Source: a virus
Lineage: Duplodnaviria > Heunggongvirae > Uroviricota > Caudoviricetes
Strand: one strand, 5' to 3'
Length of the DNA stretch: 14,374 bases
Virus record (IMG/VR): IMGVR_UViG_2778261203_000003
Made by a program: the position numbers and the translations under genes. Below, piece by piece: positions 7,360 through 14,374 of the stretch (position 1 is its first letter; every line of letters begins with the position of its first letter). The notes under the pieces are model-generated. The model was not told the DNA's origin. It saw only the letters and a program-made list of their open reading frames with translations, and did no database searches.

Positions 7360-7382
7360 AACCCGCTCAGGCGGGTTTTTTA
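7360..7382 (+). terminator. Rho-independent terminator
   Basis: Stem AACCCGC (7360-7366), loop TCAG, stem GCGGGTT (7371-7377), then TTTTTTATT. Lies about 280 nt downstream of cspB. Confidence 0.55.
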
Positions 7383-7440
7383 TTATCTGCTTTAAATATA
7401 TTATTAAAATATAAAAAATACTTGTTACTAATAAAATCAA

Positions 7441-7611
7441 TCAGGCTACAGCTTTAAGATTTGTCTGGAATACTTTGTTGCAATGAGGGCAGATCAAAAG
7501 GGCACCTTTTTGTACTCTTGAAAAACTGTGTTCTGACTCTTGGGTGCAGTTTGGGCAGGAACATTTAACGAGATAATTACGGCGTGATTTTGAGTTTTTA
7601 CGTTCTGACAT
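7441..7611 (-). CDS. Small zinc-ribbon protein, 56 aa (the ORF track extends it to 73 aa from an upstream ATG at 7662); possibly YnfU-like
   Basis: Two C-x2-C pairs (CSCPNC ... CPHC) about 20 residues apart. The internal ATG at 7611 has an AGGA RBS at about -9; the upstream ATG at 7662 has none. The assignment to the K-12 small protein YnfU is from uncertain memory. Confidence 0.5.
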   Translation of the reverse strand: MSERKNSKSRRNYLVKCSCPNCTQESEHSFSRVQKGALLICPHCNKVFQTNLKAVA

Positions 7612-7830
7612 AGGCTTTTCCTGTATAAATGGCCGTATACAGTACACTAAATATGAAAACATTTCTCGTATTATTATTTTATATATGACTTTCTTTCAAA
7701 ATAATTACCCACATTTTTAATGTGTATGTTTTTTTAGCGCCGTTGAGAACAACGTGTGCTGTCAAAACTACCCCGTAGACTCCGATCTTTTCAAACATAT
7801 TGCACCATCCGTGTACATCGGGGTGAGGAT

Positions 7831-8046
7831 ATGAAATCAATGGATAAGTTAACAACAGGTGTTGCCTATGGCACATCGGCGGGTAATGCTGGTTTCTGGG
7901 CATTGCAGTTACTCGATAAAGTAACTCCGTCACAGTGGGCTGCAATCGGTGTGCTGGGTAGCCTGGTTTTTGGCCTGCTGACGTATCTGACAAATCTTTA
8001 TTTCAAGATTAAAGAAGACAGGCGTAAGGCTGCGAGAGGAGAGTAA
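7831..8046 (+). CDS. essQ: Phage-21-type pinholin (S21-like), 71 aa, with dual-start motif
   Basis: [71 protein letters not shown] is near-identical to phage 21 S21 as recalled. Met1-Lys-Ser-Met4 dual start (antiholin/holin), two transmembrane domains, RBS GTGAGGA. Confidence 0.85.
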   Translation: MKSMDKLTTGVAYGTSAGNAGFWALQLLDKVTPSQWAAIGVLGSLVFGLLTYLTNLYFKIKEDRRKAARGE

Positions 8047-8050
8047 TCCA

Positions 8051-8358
8051 ATGACTCAAGACTATGAACTGGTTGTGAAAGGAGTCCGTAATTTTGAGAA
8101 TAAAGTTACGGTAACTGTAGCCTTACAGGACAAAGAACGCTTTGACGGTGAAATTTTTGACCTGGATGTCGCCATGGACCGTGTTGAAGGAGCTGCGCTG
8201 GAGTTTTATGAGGCAGCAGCCAGAAGGAGCGTCCGGCAAGTCTTCCTGGAAGTAGCAGAAAAATTGTCAGAAAAAGTTGAGTCTTATCTGCAGCATCAGT
8301 ACTCCTTTAAGATTGAAAATCCTGCCAATAAGCACGAGCGTCCTCATCATAAATATCT

Positions 8359-8362
<4 letters not shown>
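8051..8362 (+). CDS. ydfR: YdfR (DUF1327-family) protein, 103 aa, between holin and endolysin
   Basis: ORF track 103 aa. Its stop overlaps the endolysin start (ATGA). Same position as ydfR in K-12 Qin (recollection). Confidence 0.8.
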
Positions 8363-9386
<1,024 letters not shown>

Positions 9387-9748
9387 GGTAATATTAAATC
9401 GGAACATTTACATCGCGGAATGTAAAATTTAAATAAAAAGGACTCTTCCATGAGCCAAAATTCCTGAAATCTTAAGGGTAAGATAAAAGGTCTTAATCAG
9501 AATGACACGTTTTATTAATAAATAAAGCTATTCTTTCATTGCTGTGTTTTTCTTTACAAAAGTAATCCTTGCTATGGGTGGTTAATCATGCGTTAATGGT
9601 GTTCTGGTTTGTTACAAATTTATCTGAAGCAGTCATTGTTATAATTTTATTATTTGTACCTCTTGAGATTTCCTTGTTGGTTTTTCTCTCTGATATTTTT
9701 TTTCGGACCATTCTGCCCAAGGGCTAATTTCTTCAAAAGGTAATAATT

Positions 9749-9961
9749 ATGTCTAACAAAATGACTGGTTTAGTGAAATGGTTTAACCCTGAAAAAGGTT
9801 TTGGTTTCATCACGCCGAAAGATGGCAGCAAAGATGTGTTTGTCCATTTCTCAGCAATTCAGAGCAACGATTTCAAAACATTAACTGAGAATCAGGAAGT
9901 TGAATTTGGTATTGAGAACGGACCTAAAGGTCCTGCCGCTGTTCATGTAGTGGCGCTTTGA
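9749..9961 (+). CDS. cspI: Cold-shock protein CspI, 70 aa
   Basis: Translation [70 protein letters not shown] with RNP1/RNP2 motifs. Long AT-rich 5' leader typical of csp genes. Confidence 0.9.
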   Translation: MSNKMTGLVKWFNPEKGFGFITPKDGSKDVFVHFSAIQSNDFKTLTENQEVEFGIENGPKGPAAVHVVAL

Positions 9962-10049
9962 GGTAGACAATATTACAAACCATATTCACTTTAGATGCCC
10001 GTGTTGTCATGGTTCCCAGTATAGAACATCATCTTTTGATGTTTCTGAC

Positions 10050-10160
10050 ATGAATCCTTTCGGGGCAAAATGTATCTTTTGTAAATCAATGATGATTACA
10101 TTTGATAATATTTCACAATACTTAAATGCCAGCCGTCTGTCGTTGGATTTAAAAAAGTGA
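10050..10160 (+). CDS. Small ORF, 36 aa from the first ATG; the frame is open from 9951 and upstream encodes a C-P-C-C zinc-ribbon half; possibly ynfN-like
   Basis: In-frame translation ...FRCPCCHGSQYRTSSFDVSDMNPFGAKCIFCKSMMITFDNISQYLNASRLSLDLKK*. There is no ATG, GTG or TTG in frame between 9951 and 10050, so the true start is unresolved. A strong terminator follows directly. Confidence 0.35.
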   Translation: MNPFGAKCIFCKSMMITFDNISQYLNASRLSLDLKK

Positions 10161-10165
10161 AAATG

Positions 10166-10188
10166 AAGGCTCCTTCGGGAGCTTTTTT
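10166..10188 (+). terminator. Rho-independent terminator after the cspI/ynfN-like unit
   Basis: Stem AAGGCTCC (10166-10173), loop TTCG, stem GGGAGCTT (10178-10185, one G-U pair), U run 10183-10188. Confidence 0.6.
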
Positions 10189-10232
10189 GCTTGGTGTCTA
10201 TTCGATGGATACTCACATACTACGGTAACATC

Positions 10233-10463
10233 ATGAAAAAAATCATAGTTTTTTTTAACTCTGAACCAGCAGTGGTAGTGCCAGCGATGACTGGAGTTAA
10301 CACCATCATGCGTGAATATCCAAATGGCGAAAAAACACACCTTACTGTAATGGCCGCAGGGTTTCCATCTCTGACCGGAGATCATAAAGTCATTTATGTA
10401 GCCGCGGATCGACATGTTACTTCAGAAGAAATTCTGGAAGCAGCAATAAGGCTCTTGAGTTGA
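10233..10463 (+). CDS. Hypothetical protein, 76 aa from ATG 10233 (the ORF track begins at a TTG at 10191)
   Basis: Protein-like composition (MKKIIVFFNSEPAVVVPAMTGVNTIMREYPNGEKTHL...). Lies between the terminator at 10166-10188 and gnsB. RBS is weak and no clear promoter was found, so confidence is limited. Confidence 0.35.
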   Translation: MKKIIVFFNSEPAVVVPAMTGVNTIMREYPNGEKTHLTVMAAGFPSLTGDHKVIYVAADRHVTSEEILEAAIRLLS

Positions 10464-10631
10464 TTTGATGCTATTGCATTGATAATTCAGGAAAATTCTC
10501 TTTGTCTGTTTGTGTAAAATTTAGACTATCGTATGTTGATTATTGCGATGTTTCATCTTATCTTTTACACGTTTGCACCATATAATCGACTTACTGTGTA
10601 ACTGGAAAGTCATAACAGACTAAAAGAGGAA

Positions 10632-10808
10632 ATGATGAATATTGAAAACTTAAAAACAAAAGCAGAAGCAGATATTTCTGAATATATAACAAAAAAAATT
10701 ATTGAACTTAAGAAAAAGACCGGGAAAGAAGTTACCAGTATTCAGTTTACCGCACGGGAAAAAATGACGGGTCTTGAAAGCTATGATGTCAAGATTAATT
10801 TAATCTGA
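10632..10808 (+). CDS. gnsB: GnsB (GnsA/GnsB family) protein, 57-58 aa
   Basis: Manual translation MMNIENLKTKAEADISEYITKKIIELKKKTGKEVTSIQFTAREKMTGLESYDVKINLI* with tandem ATGs at 10632 and 10635. RBS AAGAGGA at 10623-10629. Not in the ORF track (below cutoff). Confidence 0.8.
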   Translation: MMNIENLKTKAEADISEYITKKIIELKKKTGKEVTSIQFTAREKMTGLESYDVKINLI

Positions 10809-10835
10809 TGTATTCAATAATAAAATTTATCCATA

Positions 10836-10866
10836 AACCTCGTTTTTACGGGGTTTTGTTATATTT
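10836..10866 (+). terminator. Candidate rho-independent terminator after gnsB
   Basis: Stem AACCTCG (10836-10842), loop TTTTTA, stem CGGGGTT (10849-10855, one G-U pair), then TTTGTTATATTT. Confidence 0.5.
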
Positions 10867-10922
10867 GAATGGTTCCGAATATCTAAATCACAATTGTTGA
10901 TGGTTTTTATTAAACCAATGCA

Positions 10923-10951
10923 GTCCGGCTCAGGAGTGAGAGAAGCCGGAC
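10923..10951 (-). terminator. Hairpin immediately downstream of ydfO; possible terminator
   Basis: Perfect 8-bp inverted repeat GTCCGGCT (10923-10930) / AGCCGGAC (10944-10951) with a 13-nt loop, 9 nt past the ydfO stop. The trailing U run on the minus strand is imperfect. Confidence 0.3.
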
Positions 10952-10959
10952 GTTATGGT

Positions 10960-11370
10960 TTAGCGTGGTAAGATCTGTGTAGTTTTCTGGATGCTTTCAG
11001 TAAATAGTAATGAATTATCAAAGGTATAGTAATATCTTTTTTGTTCGTGGATATTTGTAACCCACCGAAAAACTCCTGCTTTAGCAAGGTTTCTTCTGTA
11101 TTCCTGAAATGTGATCTCTCTGGATTTCAGCTTATTAGAGGTCGTTTCTATAAGATGCCTATCCTTTGAAAATTTGACAGACACAATGTTTTTTAGGCCC
11201 TTTAATAACACTGTATTATCATTTTTTAATACAATATGAACATTCTCTGTGGCTAAATAGTAAATGTAATGTGAGACATTGTGACGTTTTAGCTCAGAAT
11301 AAAACCATTGATAGTTTAAATCGTTTCGAACTTTATCAAATATTTGTTTAAAAATGACTACCTGATCCAT
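10960..11370 (-). CDS. ydfO: YdfO (DUF1398-family) protein, 136 aa (the ORF track extends to an upstream ATG at 11385)
   Basis: [104 protein letters not shown]... matches YdfO as recalled. The ATG at 11370 has a GGAAGG RBS; the ATG at 11385 has none. Confidence 0.8.
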
Positions 11371-11427
11371 AGATAAACCTTCCATGTGATATGAGGGGGC
11401 GTAGTCTGCACGATTATCTAAATTGCT

Positions 11428-11661
11428 TCAATCTGGTCTGACCTGTTTTCTGAGCAATTCAGTAATGTCACTCTTTTCTTTGTTTGCTTCAGAAGAAACT
11501 CTTTTTTCTGAGCACAGTCTCCGGCGGCAGGCTTCAATGACCCAGGCTGAGAAATTCCCGGACCCTTTTTGCTCAAGAGCGATGTTAATTTGTTCAATCA
11601 TTTGGTTAGGAAAGCGGATGTTGCGGGTTGTTGTTCTGCGGGTTCTGTTCTTCGTTGACAT
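11428..11661 (-). CDS. ynfO: YnfO (YlcI/YnfO, DUF3950-family) small protein, 77 aa, with a ribbon-helix-helix-like core
   Basis: The segment NIRFPNQMIEQINIALEQKGSGNFSAWVIEACRRRL fits a beta-strand / helix / G-x-S-x-N turn / helix pattern typical of RHH DNA-binding domains. Lies directly upstream of ydfO on the same strand. Confidence 0.75.
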   Translation of the reverse strand: MSTKNRTRRTTTRNIRFPNQMIEQINIALEQKGSGNFSAWVIEACRRRLCSEKRVSSEANKEKSDITELLRKQVRPD

Positions 11662-11776
11662 GAGGTTGCCCCGTATTCAGTGTCGCTGATTTGTATTGTC
11701 TGAAGTTGTTTTTACGTTAAGTTGATGCATGCGTGATGCACTGGATGCACGTAAATCCCGTCTCTCAGGAGGGCGA

Positions 11777-12172
11777 ATGACCAAAGAGACTCAATCAACA
11801 ACTGTTTCAGCCACTGCTTCGCAGGCTGACGTTACTGACGTGGTGCCAGCGACGGAGGGCGAAAACGCCAGCGCGGCGCAGCCGGACGTGAACGCGCAGA
11901 TCACCGCAGCGGTTGCGGCAGAAAACAGCCGCATTATGGGGATCCTCAACTGTGAGGAGGCTCACGGACGCGAAGAACAGGCCCGCGTGCTGGCAGAAAC
12001 CCCCGGTATGACCGTGGAAACGGCCCGCCGCATTCTGGCCGCAGCACCACAGAGTGCACAGGCGCGCAGTGACACTGCGCTGGATCGTCTGATGCAGGGG
12101 GCACCGGCACCGCTGGCTGCAGGTAACCCGGCATCTGATGCCGTTAACGATTTGCTGAACACACCAGTGTAA
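11777..12172 (+). CDS. Nu3: Lambda-like capsid scaffolding protein Nu3, 131 aa (the ORF track begins at 11729 with 16 extra in-frame codons)
   Basis: ATG 11777 preceded by GGAGG (11768-11772). Ala/Glu/Gln-rich, acidic composition typical of scaffolds. Sits directly upstream of lambda D in the lambda order C/Nu3-D-E. Upstream in-frame sequence is open only from 11726, so no gene C body is present. Confidence 0.65.
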   Translation: MTKETQSTTVSATASQADVTDVVPATEGENASAAQPDVNAQITAAVAAENSRIMGILNCEEAHGREEQARVLAETPGMTVETARRILAAAPQSAQARSDTALDRLMQGAPAPLAAGNPASDAVNDLLNTPV

Positions 12173-12181
12173 GGGATGTTT

Positions 12182-12514
12182 ATGACGAGCAAAGAAACCT
12201 TTACCCATTACCAGCCGCTGGGCAACAGTGACCCGGCTCATACCGCAACCGCGCCCGGCGGATTGAGTGCGAAAGCGCCTGCAATGACCCCGCTGATGCT
12301 GGACACCTCCACCCGTAAGCTGGTTGCGTGGGATGGCACCACCGACGGTGCTGCCGTTGGCATTCTTGCAGTTGCTGCTGACCAGACCAGCACCACACTG
12401 ACGTTCTACAAGTCCGGCACGTTCCGTTATGAGGATGTGCTCTGGCCGGAGGCTGCCAGCGACGAGACGAAAAAACGGACCGCGTTTGCCGGAACGGCAA
12501 TCAGCATCGTTTAA
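12182..12514 (+). CDS. D: Lambda head decoration protein D (gpD), 110 aa
   Basis: [110 protein letters not shown] is near-identical to phage lambda gpD as recalled. RBS AAGGGA. Confidence 0.9.
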   Translation: MTSKETFTHYQPLGNSDPAHTATAPGGLSAKAPAMTPLMLDTSTRKLVAWDGTTDGAAVGILAVAADQTSTTLTFYKSGTFRYEDVLWPEAASDETKKRTAFAGTAISIV

Positions 12515-12531
12515 CTTTACCCTTCATCACT

Positions 12532-12556
12532 AAAGGCCGCCTGTGCGGCTTTTTTT
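12532..12556 (+). terminator. Stable hairpin plus U run between D and E; terminator-like or a translational control structure
   Basis: AAAGGCCGC (12532-12540), loop CTGT, GCGGCTTT (12545-12552), followed by TTTTTT, 14 nt upstream of the E start. Confidence 0.35.
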
Positions 12557-12569
12557 ACGGGATTTTTTT

Positions 12570-13424
12570 ATGTCGATGTACACAACCGCCCAGCTGCTGG
12601 CGGCAAATGAGCAGAAATTTAAGTTTGATCCGCTGTTTCTGCGTCTCTTTTTCCGTGAGAGCTATCCCTTCACCACGGAGAAAGTCTATCTCTCACAAAT
12701 TCCGGGACTGGTAAACATGGCGCTGTACGTTTCGCCGATTGTTTCCGGTGAGGTTATCCGTTCCCGTGGCGGCTCCACCTCTGAATTTACGCCGGGATAT
12801 GTCAAGCCGAAGCATGAAGTGAATCCGCAGATGACCCTGCGTCGCCTGCCGGATGAAGATCCGCAGAATCTGGCGGACCCGGCTTACCGCCGCCGTCGCA
12901 TCATCATGCAGAACATGCGTGACGAAGAGCTGGCCATTGCTCAGGTCGAAGAGATGCAGGCAGTTTCTGCCGTGCTTAAGGGCAAATACACCATGACCGG
13001 TGAAGCCTTCGATCCGGTTGAGGTGGATATGGGCCGCAGTGAGGAGAATAACATCACGCAGTCCGGCGGCACGGAGTGGAGCAAGCGTGACAAGTCCACG
13101 TATGACCCGACCGACGATATCGAAGCCTACGCGCTGAACGCCAGCGGTGTGGTGAATATCATCGTGTTCGATCCGAAAGGCTGGGCGCTGTTCCGTTCCT
13201 TCAAAGCCGTCAGGGAGAAGCTGGATACCCGTCGTGGCTCTCATTCCGAGCTGGAGACAGCGGTGAAAGACCTGGGTAAAGCGGTGTCCTATAAGGGGAT
13301 GTATGGCGATGTGGCCATCGTCGTGTATTCCGGACAGTACGTGGAAAACGGCGTCAAAAAGAACTTCCTGCCGGACAACACGATGGTGCTGGGTAACACT
13401 CATGCACGCGGTCTGCGCACCTAA
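12570..13424 (+). pseudogene. E: Lambda major capsid protein E (gpE), truncated at its 3' end: 284 codons retained of about 341
   Basis: MSMYTTAQLLAANEQKFKFDPLFLRLFFRESYPFTTEKVYLSQIPGLVNMALYVSPIVSGEV... matches lambda gpE through ...[11 protein letters not shown] and is then cut by TAA at 13422-13424 where lambda continues YGCIQDADAQ. Unrelated (tail fiber) sequence follows. Confidence 0.85.
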
Positions 13425-13426
13425 CC

Positions 13427-14374
13427 GCGCTGACAGACAATACGCAGGGGGCAACAGGTCTTGAGTTATACGAGGTGTATAACAACGGATATCCAACAGC
13501 GTATGGAAATATCATTCACCTGAAAGGGATGACAGCCGTTGGCGAAGGTGAGTTACTCATCGGCTGGAGTGGTACAAGCGGTGCTCATGCTCCGGCATTT
13601 ATTCGTTCACGACGGGATACGACCGACGCAAACTGGTCGCCGTGGGCGCAGCTTTACACCTCGGCTCATCCTCCTGCAGAGTTTTATCCAGTCGGTGCAC
13701 CAATCCCGTGGCCATCAGATACCGTTCCGTCTGGCTATGCCCTGATGCAGGGGCAGACTTTTGACAAATCTGCATACCCGAAACTTGCAGCGGCTTATCC
13801 GTCAGGCGTGATCCCTGATATGCGTGGCTGGACGATTAAGGGCAAACCTGCCAGTGGTCGGGCCGTATTGTCTCAGGAACAGGACGGCATTAAATCGCAT
13901 ACCCACAGCGCCAGCGCATCCAGTACGGATTTGGGGACGAAAACCACATCGTCGTTTGATTACGGCACTAAATCCACGAATAACACTGGTGCGCATACCC
14001 ATAGTTTAAGTGGCAGCACGAATGCAGCTGGTAATCACAGCCATAGAGATGGCCGTCGATTTAACCCCAGTGTTTTTAAAGATACTTATCAATATGGTTA
14101 TACAAGCTCAGGTCAAAATACCTGGGGTGTACAAGGCTCAGTAGGTATGTCTACGGGGTGGTTAGCTAATACCAGTACAGATGGTAATCATAGCCACTCA
14201 CTGTCCGGCACAGCAGCATCTGCAGGTGCACACGCGCATACTGTCGGTATTGGTGCTCATACGCACTCCGTTGCGATTGGTTCACATGGACACACCATCA
14301 CCGTTAACGCTGCTGGTAACGCGGAAAACACCGTCAAAAACATCGCATTTAACTATATTGTGAGGCTTGCATAA
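13427..14374 (+). pseudogene. stf: 3' fragment of a lambda-type side tail fiber gene (Stf C-terminal region); the 5' boundary is approximate
   Basis: In-frame translation ...[53 protein letters not shown]... ending ...[11 protein letters not shown] matches the C-terminal part of lambda Stf as recalled. Repeated G-x-H-x-H motifs near the C-terminus. The frame is open only from 13397 and there is no N-terminal part; the window ends at its stop codon. Confidence 0.8.

Noticed and set aside
7067-7360. 97-aa minus-strand ORF between cspB and the terminator
   Set aside because: AT-rich region, Cys/Phe-rich low-complexity translation, no RBS. More likely non-coding leader or spacer.
7679-7993. 104-aa minus-strand ORF overlapping the holin gene
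   Set aside because: Antisense to the well-supported pinholin gene.
9404-9430. AT-rich hairpin after the Rz stop as a terminator
   Set aside because: The 7-bp stem has a single G-C pair and is followed by an A-rich rather than U-rich tract, so it is unlikely to terminate efficiently.
10007-10415. Minus-strand ORFs 10007-10216 and 10149-10415
   Set aside because: Antisense to the zinc-ribbon ORF, the terminator and the 76-aa ORF. They would have to read through a strong terminator hairpin.
11423-11689. 88-aa plus-strand ORF
   Set aside because: Antisense to ynfO, which has the recognisable RHH-like protein signature.
12693-13496. 267-aa minus-strand ORF, plus smaller minus-strand ORFs at 11807-12241, 11946-12134, 11962-12192 and 12201-12500
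   Set aside because: They lie antisense to confidently identified lambda E, D and Nu3 coding sequence in GC-rich DNA, where long antisense open frames arise by chance. No RBS or recognisable product.
13539-14363. Small ORFs within the tail fiber fragment (13539-13745, 13824-14009, 14181-14363 plus; 13802-14002 minus)
   Set aside because: Alternative-frame or antisense ORFs inside the tail fiber coding frame.

Overview
This window reads as a defective lambdoid prophage segment closely resembling the E. coli Qin cryptic prophage, in reverse orientation to the K-12 map as I recall it. Left to right: an apparently intact tyrosine integrase, flxA with a near-consensus sigma28 promoter, ydfV, the relB-relE-hokD toxin-antitoxin operon with its relO operator, rem, an unlisted 92-aa ORF coupled to ydfU, the Q-type antiterminator quuQ with a candidate late promoter and terminator, cold-shock genes cspF and cspB, a phage-21-type lysis cassette (dual-start pinholin, ydfR, SAR endolysin, Rz with embedded Rz1), cspI, small ORFs, gnsB, the ydfO/ynfO pair, then lambda-like head-gene remnants (Nu3, D, a 3'-truncated E) joined to the 3' part of a side tail fiber gene. 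No CRISPR array, tRNA, rRNA or IS element was recognised. All identifications rest on reading the sequence and recalled protein sequences; no database search was run. The most promising uncharacterised candidates are the ynfO-ydfO two-gene module, the unlisted ORF coupled to ydfU, a 76-aa ORF upstream of gnsB, and a small zinc-ribbon ORF between cspB and the holin.
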